From Bacteroidales bacterium (GTDB lineage Bacteria; Bacteroidota; Bacteroidia; Bacteroidales; UBA3824), in contig JAEDDH010000004.1 in assembly GCA_016293845.1 (NCBI GenBank), positions 142,084-206,083 of the forward strand: a stretch of 64,000 bases of DNA, read 5' to 3'. Within the stretch, counting starts at the first letter, position 1. Every line of letters begins with the position of its first letter. This document shows, piece after piece, positions 1 to 11,183 of this stretch. The notes under the pieces are model-generated. The model was not told the DNA's origin. It ran no database searches and saw only the letters and a list, made by a program, of their open reading frames with translations. The translations under genes and the position numbers were made by a program.

Positions 1-1
1 T

Positions 2-463
2 CCAACGCTCTCGACCAAAGATTTATCACTTTTGCACGATTTTGTAAAAATAATGAAAGGCAAACACCGCAGGCTAAATCTTGTTTTGGGCAATCACGAC
101 CGACCATTTATCCAAACAATTATGAATCTCGGTTTTGATTATATCTACGATTATCCTGTGCTGATAAACCAAAGATACATTCTAAGTCACGAACCCGTAT
201 TTTTATCAGATAATCAATTCATTAACATACACGGACACACGCATCAGAAATATGTTGGCAGCGACTATTTTTGCTGGGTTTTAGAAAACAAAGAAATGGT
301 GGTAAAGGCGTACAAAGATGCCCGCCGCAAATGTCCATTCAACCCCGAACTAAAAAAGGAAAATTGGCAGCAACTGATAGTTAATCCCACGCAATACAAA
401 AATATATGTTGGGATGCCAATAATTATAAAGTTTTAAATTTGTGGAAGGTAATGGATAATTAA
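2..463 (+). CDS. Calcineurin-like metallophosphoesterase, C-terminal part (5' end lies left of the window)
   Basis: The frame stays open to the left window edge; the listed ORF 32..463 begins at an internal TTG. The translation carries LGNHD and HGHTH metal-ligand motifs of the calcineurin-like phosphoesterase fold. Confidence 0.7.
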   Translation, partial: PTLSTKDLSLLHDFVKIMKGKHRRLNLVLGNHDRPFIQTIMNLGFDYIYDYPVLINQRYILSHEPVFLSDNQFINIHGHTHQKYVGSDYFCWVLENKEMVVKAYKDARRKCPFNPELKKENWQQLIVNPTQYKNICWDANNYKVLNLWKVMDN

Positions 464-493
464 GTCTGCATTTGTCGTAACGGAGAATTTTAT

Positions 494-742
494 ATGTGGA
501 AAACTTTGATTTATTACAAGCCTGAGCACTTTGATATAGCAAATAAACTACAAGGCAACTATTTAGCACATAAAAAAATAGCAGATATCATTTCAGAAGA
601 CAAACAGGATGATATTGAATATGCCATAGTCCAGCAATACGACGAGGCAATTTTTATCGAAGACTCTGAAACAGTGATTATACACAAAATAAAATCGGGT
701 TATACAAATAGATGTAATATCTCAGAGGTGTGGTATCAGTAA
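494..742 (+). CDS. Hypothetical small protein (82 aa)
   Basis: ATG-initiated ORF 30 nt after the phosphoesterase stop, on the same strand. I recognise no motif. Confidence 0.35.
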   Translation: MWKTLIYYKPEHFDIANKLQGNYLAHKKIADIISEDKQDDIEYAIVQQYDEAIFIEDSETVIIHKIKSGYTNRCNISEVWYQ

Positions 743-753
743 TTATTTTGAAC

Positions 754-2059
<1,306 letters not shown>

Positions 2060-2172
2060 TTATTATCAATAAGAAGTTCCAACGTAGCCCATAGTCTATA
2101 TTTACGTGCTTGATACATTCTGCCACGGTTCTCTTTTAGGTTCGCTCCAAGGTAATGTCTATTTTAACCCTC

Positions 2173-2209
2173 TCAAAAAAAATAGCGGCAACCAATTAAG
2201 ATTGCCGCC
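2173..2209 (-). terminator. Intrinsic terminator of glyA
   Basis: On the minus strand, GCGGCAA-10 nt loop-TTGCCGC (2208..2185) is followed by TATTTTTTTTG. It lies about 25 nt downstream of the glyA stop. Confidence 0.65.
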
Positions 2210-2234
2210 ACTTTAATCCATATAGTTTTCAAAA

Positions 2235-3512
2235 TTACTTATCCAAGGGGAAGCCAGCCATTAGTTCGTTTACTTGGGCTTTTACTTTGGCGATAACGTC
2301 ATCGTTGGTGATGTTTTTGATAACGGTGTCGATAAAGTCTACAACTTGCATAATTTCAGTCTCTTTGAGTCCGCGTGTGGTGATGGCTGCTGTGCCAAGA
2401 CGTACACCTGAGGTCTGGAATGCCGAACGTGTATCCCACGGAACCATATTCTTGTTGGCTGTGATGTCGGCTTTTTCGAGTGCCAACTGAACTTCCTTAC
2501 CAGTGATGTCGGGGAAGTTTTTGCGGAGGTCAACAAGCATAGAGTGGTTGTCGGTACCGTCGGAAAGAATCTTGTAACCACGGTTCATAAGTTCGTTTGC
2601 CATTACGCGAGCATTGGTCTGAACCTGTTTAGCGTACTCTTTGAATTCGGGTGTGAGAGCCTCGCCGAATGCAACAGCCTTGGCAGCGATAACGTGCTCT
2701 AAAGGTCCGCCCTGAACGCCGGGGAATACTGCAGAATCCAACAGCGACGATATTTTGCGGATAACGCCTTTGGTAGTGGTTTTGCCCCACGGATTGTCGA
2801 AATCTTTGCCGAGGAGGATGATGCCGCCACGAGGTCCGCGGAGGGTTTTATGTGTGGTAGATGTTACGATGTGAGCGTATTTCAACGGGTTTTTGAGGAT
2901 GCCGGCAGCGATAAGACCTGCGGGGTGAGCCATATCGATCATCATCAATGCTCCCACCTTGTCGGCAATAGCACGCATACGTTCGTAGTCCCAATCGCGA
3001 GAGTAAGCCGAAGCACCACCGATGATAAGTTTCGGTTTGGTTTCGAGGGCAACTTTCTCCATTTGGTCGTAGTCGATAAGACCGGTTTCTTTGTTGATAT
3101 TGTACGAAACGTGGTTGTAGAGCAAACCAGAAGAGTTAACGGGCGAACCGTGGCTGAGGTGACCGCCGTGATCGAGGTCTAAGCCCATAAATGTGTCGCC
3201 GGGTTTCAAAACGGTCAAGAGCACAGCCATATTAGCCTGCGCACCTGAGTGGGGTTGAACGTTTACCCATTCGGCGTCGTAAAGTTTTTTAAGACGTTCG
3301 ATAGCGAGAGTCTCCATTTCGTCAACGAAGTGACAGCCGCCGTAATAGCGGTGTCCAGGATATCCCTCGGCGTATTTGTTGGTTAGTACCGAACCCATTG
3401 CACGCATTACGTTGGCGCTTACAAAGTTTTCGGAAGCAATAAGCTCGATGCCGTTTTTCTGACGGCCGTATTCTTTCTCGATAATGTCGAATACTGCGTT
3501 GTCTTGTGCCAT
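2235..3512 (-). CDS. glyA: Serine hydroxymethyltransferase
   Basis: Full-length 425-aa ORF. It has the N-terminal ELIASENF motif and the PLP-lysine motif [14 protein letters not shown], with SHMT-typical sequence throughout. Confidence 0.97.
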   Translation of the reverse strand: MAQDNAVFDIIEKEYGRQKNGIELIASENFVSANVMRAMGSVLTNKYAEGYPGHRYYGGCHFVDEMETLAIERLKKLYDAEWVNVQPHSGAQANMAVLLTVLKPGDTFMGLDLDHGGHLSHGSPVNSSGLLYNHVSYNINKETGLIDYDQMEKVALETKPKLIIGGASAYSRDWDYERMRAIADKVGALMMIDMAHPAGLIAAGILKNPLKYAHIVTSTTHKTLRGPRGGIILLGKDFDNPWGKTTTKGVIRKISSLLDSAVFPGVQGGPLEHVIAAKAVAFGEALTPEFKEYAKQVQTNARVMANELMNRGYKILSDGTDNHSMLVDLRKNFPDITGKEVQLALEKADITANKNMVPWDTRSAFQTSGVRLGTAAITTRGLKETEIMQVVDFIDTVIKNITNDDVIAKVKAQVNELMAGFPLDK

Positions 3513-3654
3513 AATATTGATATGAATGTTTTAAACAATGCGGCAAATTTAAACATTTAGGTTTGTATAATCAATTTTTGTAAAAATAATTTTTTGTTAA
3601 TATAATGTTGGCGCAATAAGTTTTAATTTGCAACCCACAAACATTAAGGTAATA

Positions 3655-5463
3655 ATGGGCATAGACAAGTGTACAAAGCGACGTTGGAAGATGAGACGGG
3701 CGTTCGGACGTTTTTACGAATGGCGTATCCGTCATATAGGCACTACACAGTACCTTACTATACTTAGCATAATAGTGGGCGCTATTGCTGGCATTACGGC
3801 AGCGGTGCTCAAAACCATCACCCACCATATCAGCGGATTCTTGTCGGGCACTATCAATCCATTGCTCGGTTTCGACGGAAATCTTATTTTTCCATTTGTG
3901 GGTATCGCCATTACCGTTGGTTTTATTAAGTTTATATTAAGACAAAACATCAGCGGCGGAATTCCCCGAGTGCTTTACTCCATATCAAAAGAGGAGGCGG
4001 TGATAAAGCCTCACAATATGTATTCGTCGGTGATAACTTCCGCAATAACAGTAGGTTTCGGAGGAAGCGCGGGATTGGAGGGACCTACAGTGGTAACAGG
4101 CGCGGCAATTGGCTCAAACATTGGTAAGTTTCTGCACCTCAATTTCAAACAGCGTCTTTTGATGCTGGGATGTGCCACTGCTGCGGCGTTGGCTGCCATA
4201 TTCAAAGCCCCGATTACGGGAGTGGTTTTTGTGATGGAGGTGTTTATGCTCGACCTTACAATGAGTTCGCTCGTACCTTTGCTAATATCCTCAGTAACAG
4301 GTGTTTTGATTTCGTATATGTTATCGGGCAGCAGTCCTGTCTATTTTTTCCGCATGACCGACGCTTTCACAAGCAACGATGTGCCATACTTTATACTCCT
4401 TGGATTGGTTTGCGCCTTTACATCTATCTATTTTACAAGAAGTTACATTTGGCTATCGCAACAATTCCGCAAAATCAACTCCACCGTTTGGAAACTTGTT
4501 TGGGGTGCGCTTCTGCTCACAGGAATGATTTATCTATTTCCGTCGCTCTTTGGCGAAGGTTACGACATAATCTCCAATAGTCTCAACGGCAACATCAAAC
4601 CCATCTACCGCAACAGCATTTTTTCATCGTGGCACAGCGGCTGGGGAACAGTTCTCTTGCTCACCGCCCTCACGCTTGCAAAACCCATTGCCACATCAGC
4701 CACATTTGCAGCCGGAGGCGTGGGAGGTATATTTGCACCCTCGTTGTTTGTGGGCGCAACCACGGGACTGCTACTCTCTACCGTGCTCACACGTCTGGGA
4801 TTTCAGGATATTCACGCAGCCAACTTTGCCCTTGTAGGAATGGCAGGAACAATTGCCGGAGTGCTTCACGCACCTCTCACAGCGGTTTTTCTAATTGCCG
4901 AACTCACAGGAGGTTACAAACTTTTTGTGCCGCTGATGATGGTGAGCGTGCTGTCGTATATTTTTACTAAGAAATTCATTACCAATTCGATATACACTTA
5001 TCAACTTGCCCGCCGCAACGAACTTCTCACTCATCACACCGACAAGAATGTGCTCAACCTTATGAAGTTAGACAAACTTATTGAGACCAATTTTGCCGTT
5101 GTTTTCCCCGAAGACACTTTGCGCGTGCTTGTGAAGGCAGTTGAAGACACCACCCGAAACATTTTTGCCGTTGTCAGCCGCACCGACAACACCTTTATTG
5201 GAATAATCAAGATGGACGACATCCGCAAACTGATGTTTCACCCCGAAAAATATGACCAAATATTTGTAAAAGACCTCTGTTTCCGACCCGAATACACCGT
5301 GCGCATCGACGAGAGTATGGATTCGGTAGCCACCAAATTCACCACCTCCGACAAGTTCAACATTGCCGTACTCGACGAAAACAACAAGTATATCGGCTTT
5401 GTATCCCGCGCCAAAGTATTCTCAACGTATAGGCGAATGAGCAAACAGTTGTCGGAAGATTAA
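3655..5463 (+). CDS. ClC-family chloride channel/antiporter with C-terminal CBS pair
   Basis: Multi-TM protein with ClC selectivity motifs (GGIPRV, GLEGP, GIFAPS) and a C-terminal ~140-aa CBS-like region. The ORF finder starts at TTG 3628; I place the start at the first ATG (3655), which is uncertain. Confidence 0.88.
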   Translation: MGIDKCTKRRWKMRRAFGRFYEWRIRHIGTTQYLTILSIIVGAIAGITAAVLKTITHHISGFLSGTINPLLGFDGNLIFPFVGIAITVGFIKFILRQNISGGIPRVLYSISKEEAVIKPHNMYSSVITSAITVGFGGSAGLEGPTVVTGAAIGSNIGKFLHLNFKQRLLMLGCATAAALAAIFKAPITGVVFVMEVFMLDLTMSSLVPLLISSVTGVLISYMLSGSSPVYFFRMTDAFTSNDVPYFILLGLVCAFTSIYFTRSYIWLSQQFRKINSTVWKLVWGALLLTGMIYLFPSLFGEGYDIISNSLNGNIKPIYRNSIFSSWHSGWGTVLLLTALTLAKPIATSATFAAGGVGGIFAPSLFVGATTGLLLSTVLTRLGFQDIHAANFALVGMAGTIAGVLHAPLTAVFLIAELTGGYKLFVPLMMVSVLSYIFTKKFITNSIYTYQLARRNELLTHHTDKNVLNLMKLDKLIETNFAVVFPEDTLRVLVKAVEDTTRNIFAVVSRTDNTFIGIIKMDDIRKLMFHPEKYDQIFVKDLCFRPEYTVRIDESMDSVATKFTTSDKFNIAVLDENNKYIGFVSRAKVFSTYRRMSKQLSED

Positions 5464-5586
5464 AAAATTTTCTCAAAAAAAATTTGCATATTCCAAAATG
5501 TTTCCATATATTTAGCACTTGGAAAAATGACCCTTTGTGCGTATATCAGTACGAGGGATAGAAGAGTTTTTAACAATACCTAAAAG

Positions 5587-7614
5587 ATGAATAAACAAAG
5601 CGTTATAATACTTACAACTACTATTTTGCTGCTTATGGTGGCGTTTACAGCTGTGATGTGCAATTCGGGTAATGATGAAAAAGTGTACCGAATTGGACTT
5701 TCGCAATGCGCCGACGACACACAATGGCGCAAGCAAATGACCCGCCGACTAAGAGCCAACGCCGTGCAAGAAGGCAACATCGAACTCATTGTTACCAACG
5801 CCGACAATAGTAGTTCAAAACAAGTGAGAGATATTGATTCACTTTCGTCGATTGGTATCGACCTTCTGCTTGTTTCGCCAAACGACGTAGATTCCATCAC
5901 CGACGCTATCCGCCGAATACACAACAAGGGCATTCCCGTAATCGAGATCGACCGTCAAACTTCCGACTCTACTTCGTTTTCGTGTTTTATTGGTGCCAAC
6001 AACATCCACATAGGTATTGAGGCAGCCAAATTAGCCGACAATATGTGTCCCAAAGTAGTTGATTTTGTGGAACTTTACGGACAAAAAACAGCTTCTGCTA
6101 CCATTGAGCGTAGCAGAGGATTCAACGAGGCAATACAATACCGCCAATTTACCAACAAAAAATTCAATAAAGTGCATGAACTTTATTGCAATTTCAGCGC
6201 TACAGAAGGTTACGTCAAAATGAAAAATCTGTTGGAAACCGACACCAATTTCAATCTTGTATACTCTCACAACGACGATATGGCTATTGGAGCCAGCCGT
6301 GCCATCCGCGAAAAAGGCATCAAACATAAGATTTTCATCATTGGTATCGACGCCGTGCCATCCGAAGAAGGCGGAATCCTTGCCGTATACAATCGCGAAA
6401 TGGACGCCACTATCCTCTACCCCAACGGCAGCGATGAGGCTATCGAAACCGCTATGAAAATTTTGAAAGGTCAACCTTACGAACGCAATATCCAACTTGC
6501 AACATTACCTATCGACACCAATAATGCATTCGGACTCTACAAACAGCTCAACAGTTCAAAAGAACTCGACGAAAAACTCTTGAAACAAGATGCCAACGTT
6601 AAAAGTATGGTGTCGCGAATTTCTACGCAGAACAATATCATACTCCTTATTATCATAATGCTTGCCGGTGCGTTTATCTTGATTTCGGTAATATTCAGGC
6701 TCTACGCCAACAACAAAAAGCAGAATACTATACTCTGCGAACAAACCGCCGAAATTCTCGCACAAAAAGAGGAACTTGAAAGTCAGTCGGTATACCTCAG
6801 CCAAATCAACGAGGCATTACGCCGCAGCAAGGAGAACACTCTCGGCAGTATCCGCTACGCACAAACCATTCAAACAGCAATGTTGCCCACCACATCCGAT
6901 TTAGACAAGGTGTTTAAATCGTTTGTAATATATCTGCCCAAAGACATTGTAAGTGGCGACTTCTACTATTTCCATTATATCAAATACGATGAGCGTGAGG
7001 TAGATTTTGTAAGCGTTATCGACTGCACAGGTCACGGCGTGCCGGGCGCGTTTATGAGCCTTATAGGTATCAACCTTTTAGACCAGATTATCAAACAGCA
7101 GTTTATCCACTCGCCTGCCGAAATTCTCGACGAACTCAACCGCAACGTGCGCAAGATGCTCCGTCAAGAAGAAACCGACAACGACGACGGTATGGAGGCA
7201 ATATTCTGCAAAGTAGAAAAATGGTCAGACGGACGTCGCCGCCTCACCTACGAGGGTGCTAAATTCCCTGTTCACCGCTACAACTCGCAATCTGGCGAAA
7301 TTGAAACCTACAAAACATCGCGAAAGGGTATCGGTGGCAAATTCCGCAATAGAGAATCGGCTGTAACTTTTACAGACAAAACCATAGACCTCAACATCGG
7401 CGACCGTCTTTATATGACCTCCGACGGCATTGGCGACCAAAACAACTACGAGCGCAAACGCTACACTATCAAACGTTTGCTCGATGCTATCAAGGATTCT
7501 GTAAAAATGGACATCGACCAACAGAAAAATCACATACTCAACGACCTCAACAATTTTAAAGGCGACTGCGACCAGCGCGACGACATCACCGTTTTAGGCG
7601 TTGAGATTGTTTAG
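5587..7614 (+). CDS. Membrane sensor: periplasmic sugar-binding-protein-like domain, one TM, PP2C/SpoIIE-type phosphatase domain
   Basis: The N-terminal signal/TM is followed by ~300 aa resembling the RbsB/LacI-type periplasmic binding fold (IGLSQC...VSPND...IGIDA). A TM segment follows (IILLIIIMLAGAFILISVIF). The C-terminal region carries PP2C/SpoIIE motifs (VSGDFYYF, DCTGHGVPGAF, SDGIGDQ, DDITVLGVE). Confidence 0.8.
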   Translation: MNKQSVIILTTTILLLMVAFTAVMCNSGNDEKVYRIGLSQCADDTQWRKQMTRRLRANAVQEGNIELIVTNADNSSSKQVRDIDSLSSIGIDLLLVSPNDVDSITDAIRRIHNKGIPVIEIDRQTSDSTSFSCFIGANNIHIGIEAAKLADNMCPKVVDFVELYGQKTASATIERSRGFNEAIQYRQFTNKKFNKVHELYCNFSATEGYVKMKNLLETDTNFNLVYSHNDDMAIGASRAIREKGIKHKIFIIGIDAVPSEEGGILAVYNREMDATILYPNGSDEAIETAMKILKGQPYERNIQLATLPIDTNNAFGLYKQLNSSKELDEKLLKQDANVKSMVSRISTQNNIILLIIIMLAGAFILISVIFRLYANNKKQNTILCEQTAEILAQKEELESQSVYLSQINEALRRSKENTLGSIRYAQTIQTAMLPTTSDLDKVFKSFVIYLPKDIVSGDFYYFHYIKYDEREVDFVSVIDCTGHGVPGAFMSLIGINLLDQIIKQQFIHSPAEILDELNRNVRKMLRQEETDNDDGMEAIFCKVEKWSDGRRRLTYEGAKFPVHRYNSQSGEIETYKTSRKGIGGKFRNRESAVTFTDKTIDLNIGDRLYMTSDGIGDQNNYERKRYTIKRLLDAIKDSVKMDIDQQKNHILNDLNNFKGDCDQRDDITVLGVEIV

Positions 7615-7629
7615 AAGTTAAGGAGATGA

Positions 7630-9135
7630 TTAACCATCGTACTCCTCGTCTTGAGTAATTGAGAACAGCACCCATGAGAAATTACCGTCGGTGATCTTAG
7701 AACCACAGTAGCCACACACACCAGCCTGTCCCATATTGTCGGCAGGTGCTCCACAGTTGGGGCAACGTGATGTAGCTTTGCTTTCGATGCTTACACCCTT
7801 GCGGCTAACAAAAGTCCAATACTCGCTAAATACACGTTCGCGGTGATTGTTGCCAGCTATTACATTACCATTGTTGTCAACATAATAGTCGTAACAATAG
7901 GCAAAAATTCTCACCGTTACCGAATCGTAGTATTTGTCGGTTTCGTATTTTACAGTGTTAACCTTTTGAATAGTAACATTGTCGAGAGCATTACGACAAC
8001 CGTATTCTTTGCAGAAAGTAATCCAATAGTTCATACTTTGCCATAGACGGTCGCTGAGCAGGTGTCGAGCTTGAGCCCACTGCAGAGATGAATACAATTT
8101 GTAAATATCCAAGAAATAAGGAGTTGCAATATTCTGTTCAAATTCTCTGTAACCCATATTGTTGTGAGTGGCGGCAAATGCACCAGCACGCTCTTGCAGA
8201 TGACTGTCGTAGATGGTGGCATTGTCAGTACCCATTTCAGCAGAGTAAGTAATCACGTCTGAAGTTTTTACCCTCTCGGTAGATACCACTGTTACAGCAT
8301 TTACAATCCACGCATTGTCGGTTTGCGAAATCATATTGCCACAGTGAGCACACGTACCTGCATCGGTAAACTCGGCAGAAGCTCCACAGCAAGGACATTT
8401 AAGCACGCCCATACCGTCGGGAACAGGCGACACAACACCCGCGTTGCGCACAAACTGCCAGTTCTCTACAGTAAAACAACGGAAAACTGCGCCATTGGCC
8501 TTTGCCTTGGCGGTATAGTTGGCATTAAACTCAACGGTTATCTTGGTGATTTTCTGGTGAGTTTCGTGATAAACATCGTTTGAAATCGACACAATAGAAG
8601 CCTTGCCAATCACAACTTCTGAAATATCATAGTTGCTCCATTTTTCGAGATTAGTGCTAAAAAACGGCTGAATCTCCTTAAGTCTGTCGCCACTGATATA
8701 AAGGTGCATCTTGGTAAAGAGCAGCGAAGCATAATCTAAGAACACAGGAGTAGAAAAGTTGGGATCGGAACTTTTTAAACGAGCCAGCATAGTGTCGCGT
8801 TGTGCTGTGCTACTCATGATATTACGCTGCGTAGGTGCCGAAGATATAGTTGAATTTTTTGAACTCTTTTCGGCAATCTTGTAAATAATAAACAGAATAG
8901 CCAGCACTATAAGCGTAGGTATAGGATAATTTAAAAAGCAGTAAACAATCAAACTTGCAAGACCGTCGCCGCCGCTGCCACTACCGCCGTTGCCACCGCC
9001 TCCGCCGTGATAGCCATGTCCGCCACCGGGTCGAGCTTCGGCAATTTCGGGTAAAAAGATTACAAAGATGGCTATAATTACTAAAGATACAAGTATCAGC
9101 CAATTATATCGATTATTCAAAAATTTTTTCATCAT
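7630..9135 (-). CDS. Membrane protein with Gly-rich segment and two Tim44-like modules, each ending in a C-x2-C...C-x2-C zinc ribbon
   Basis: N-terminal TM, then RPGGGHGYHGGGGGNGGSGSGG, then a second TM, as in bacterial Tim44-like proteins. Two zinc ribbons are present: CPCCGASAEFTDAGTCAHCG and CPNCGAPADNMGQAGVCGYCG. The family call is from general resemblance. Confidence 0.55.
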   Translation of the reverse strand: MMKKFLNNRYNWLILVSLVIIAIFVIFLPEIAEARPGGGHGYHGGGGGNGGSGSGGDGLASLIVYCFLNYPIPTLIVLAILFIIYKIAEKSSKNSTISSAPTQRNIMSSTAQRDTMLARLKSSDPNFSTPVFLDYASLLFTKMHLYISGDRLKEIQPFFSTNLEKWSNYDISEVVIGKASIVSISNDVYHETHQKITKITVEFNANYTAKAKANGAVFRCFTVENWQFVRNAGVVSPVPDGMGVLKCPCCGASAEFTDAGTCAHCGNMISQTDNAWIVNAVTVVSTERVKTSDVITYSAEMGTDNATIYDSHLQERAGAFAATHNNMGYREFEQNIATPYFLDIYKLYSSLQWAQARHLLSDRLWQSMNYWITFCKEYGCRNALDNVTIQKVNTVKYETDKYYDSVTVRIFAYCYDYYVDNNGNVIAGNNHRERVFSEYWTFVSRKGVSIESKATSRCPNCGAPADNMGQAGVCGYCGSKITDGNFSWVLFSITQDEEYDG

Positions 9136-9171
9136 TGCAATAGTTTATCATTACACCTTATATAATAGTAA

Positions 9172-9795
9172 CTACAAATCCACGTCAAGGTCGTCGGGAA
9201 GTTCGTTGATGTCGTCCTCGCGATGAGGCAAGTATTTTGCAAAAATAGGAACTGATTCGTGCATCACTCTTAGAATTTCGGCGGGAACATCATTTGCAGC
9301 AAAAATGTTGTTGACCATTGAGTTGAGTTTCTGCATATCCACATCATCAAAGAGGAGAGTGATCCCGTGGTCGGGCATAAAGATAGCCTCTTGTTCGGTA
9401 ACAGAGCAGTAAATCAGAAAACCTGTGTGCTCCATAGTATTGTAAATCATCCCCTTTTGAAAAATAGCACGGGCATAGATTTCGGCATTTTTGCGACGAA
9501 CTTTTTTGGGTATAATCAACCGCTGAAGCGCAGGCACAAATGTAAACAACGCCAATGCCGCTCCAAACACAATCACCGAAATACCATACATAAAATAGAT
9601 ATCAAAATCTATCGGAGCAAACATAAAAAAAGTAAACACCACAAAGCACAATATTGCAGCGGCGGCAAAAGAATATGGAGTATACCGTCCAGACGACTTT
9701 TTTATTATCACCACAGCCTCGGCTTGCGAGTTGTTTTCAATCTCTGCCACACCATCGTAAAGTTTAGTGCGGAAATTGTCATCGAATCTTTTCAT
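9172..9795 (-). CDS. Membrane protein with TPM-like domain interrupted by two TM helices
   Basis: 207-aa ORF. QAEAVVII near the N-terminus and IYARAIFQKGMIYNTMEHTGFLIYCSVTEQEAIFMPDHGI after two hydrophobic helices resemble the two halves of a TPM domain. The tail is acidic. Tentative. Confidence 0.45.
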   Translation of the reverse strand: MKRFDDNFRTKLYDGVAEIENNSQAEAVVIIKKSSGRYTPYSFAAAAILCFVVFTFFMFAPIDFDIYFMYGISVIVFGAALALFTFVPALQRLIIPKKVRRKNAEIYARAIFQKGMIYNTMEHTGFLIYCSVTEQEAIFMPDHGITLLFDDVDMQKLNSMVNNIFAANDVPAEILRVMHESVPIFAKYLPHREDDINELPDDLDVDL

Positions 9796-9900
9796 ATTTT
9801 TATATCCTATTCAACTATTAAGTACAAAATCACTCTGTTAAAATTTTTTATAAATATACGGATATTTTTTAAAATATCACCGTTTGGCAAAAATATTTTT

Positions 9901-9908
9901 TAATTTTG
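9901..9908 (+). promoter_or_regulatory. Bacteroidota -7 promoter box (TAATTTTG)
   Basis: Exact match to TAnnTTTG, 27 nt upstream of the ATG at 9936. Confidence 0.4.
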
Positions 9909-9935
9909 TAAACTGAAATTTATCCACAACTAAAA

Positions 9936-10982
9936 ATGAGCAACGAAGTAAAAGAATACAAACCCAAATCGTTTTGGAGCCGTCCCGAAGGCAAACTGGG
10001 TGCAGCAGTGCTTATTACAGGGTCTGCAGCATTAGGCATATTCCACAATCCTGCATTAGATTTGTTGCGCTCGATGTTTGAAACGCCATTCAGCACAATG
10101 GGATTGTTTGCCATATTAGGCACTGTGGCTCTGATATTTACCGATTCGCGTGCAAGGAAACTTGTAAGTTTTGCATTTAAAGGAATAATGCGCAAAATAA
10201 CAGGATGGTTTGTACAGTTAGACCCGATCAAAATATTGGAATCGCACATCGAGTACCTCAAAAAAAACCGCGAAGAGATGAACTCCAATATCACCAAACT
10301 GCGCGGACAACTATCCAAACTTCGCAGCATTGTTACTCAAAACAACAACGAAATGGATCAGAAAATACGCATAGCACGTCAAGCCAAGTTGCAAAACCGC
10401 AACGAACTCGTGGCTATCAACACCCGTCAATATGGTCGTTTAAAAGAACTCAACACAAGGTACGAAACTATGATCAACAAGATGAACGTACTTTACAATG
10501 TGTTGACCAAAATCTACAACAGCACCGCATACCTTATTCAAGATACCGAAAACGAAGTTAGGCTCAGAAAGCAAGAGGCAACTGCCATTATGACAGGTTA
10601 TTCCGCTATGAAACACGCCATGAACATTATCAACGGCGACCCCGACCGCAAGATGATGTTTGATATGGCAAACGAAGCTCTTGCCGACGACATTTATGCT
10701 AAAATCGGCGAAATGGATACCTTTATTGAACTTTCAGGCGACTTTATCGACAATGTTAATCTTCAAAATGCCGCATTTGAACAGCAAGGCAACGACCTTA
10801 TAGCCAAACTCGAAAAAATGGAGAAAGAAGGCTTATCTTACTTAGAATCTGCCGACAAAGGACTTCCGCAAGGCGACGTTACCCACATGACCGCCGCAGA
10901 AATAGACGCTGCTATCAGAAACCAAGGCGGAAAAATTCCTGCCGGTGCTCCTCGCGACTTCACAAATATTTATAACCACTAA
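9936..10982 (+). CDS. PspA/IM30-like coiled-coil protein with hydrophobic N-terminal extension
   Basis: After ~85 hydrophobic residues, FKGIMRKITGWFVQLDPIKILESHIEYLKKNREEM parallels the PspA start (FSRFKDIV...DPEKMLDQAIREM). About 200 aa of heptad-rich helix follow. TelA-like is an alternative. Confidence 0.5.
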   Translation: MSNEVKEYKPKSFWSRPEGKLGAAVLITGSAALGIFHNPALDLLRSMFETPFSTMGLFAILGTVALIFTDSRARKLVSFAFKGIMRKITGWFVQLDPIKILESHIEYLKKNREEMNSNITKLRGQLSKLRSIVTQNNNEMDQKIRIARQAKLQNRNELVAINTRQYGRLKELNTRYETMINKMNVLYNVLTKIYNSTAYLIQDTENEVRLRKQEATAIMTGYSAMKHAMNIINGDPDRKMMFDMANEALADDIYAKIGEMDTFIELSGDFIDNVNLQNAAFEQQGNDLIAKLEKMEKEGLSYLESADKGLPQGDVTHMTAAEIDAAIRNQGGKIPAGAPRDFTNIYNH

Positions 10983-10994
10983 AACCTTTTAGCC

Positions 10995-11183
10995 ATGAAA
11001 CAGAAAAGAATGAAACTCATCTCCAAATTACTTATATATATATTGGTGTTCGCTATTGGCGGATATTTTTTCTATAAGTATATGCCGCAAGGGTTTAAAG
11101 AATTGGTAACGCCTGCCACTACTTCACCCGCACCTGCAGAACCTACTTCACCCGCATCTCCAGAAGTTTCTCCTGTCCAATAA
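10995..11183 (+). CDS. Small single-TM protein with Pro/Ser/Thr-rich tail (62 aa)
   Basis: ATG 12 nt after the PspA-like stop. It has a clear TM helix (LLIYILVFAIGGYFFY) and the tail TPATTSPAPAEPTSPASPEVSPVQ. It overlaps the 3' end of the convergent FAH gene. Confidence 0.4.
   Translation: MKQKRMKLISKLLIYILVFAIGGYFFYKYMPQGFKELVTPATTSPAPAEPTSPASPEVSPVQ

Noticed and set aside
8940-9010. GCC/GCCGCC-rich run, considered as a simple-sequence repeat
   Set aside because: It encodes the Gly-rich segment (GGGHGYHGGGGGNGGSGSGG) of the Tim44-like membrane protein, a feature typical of that family.
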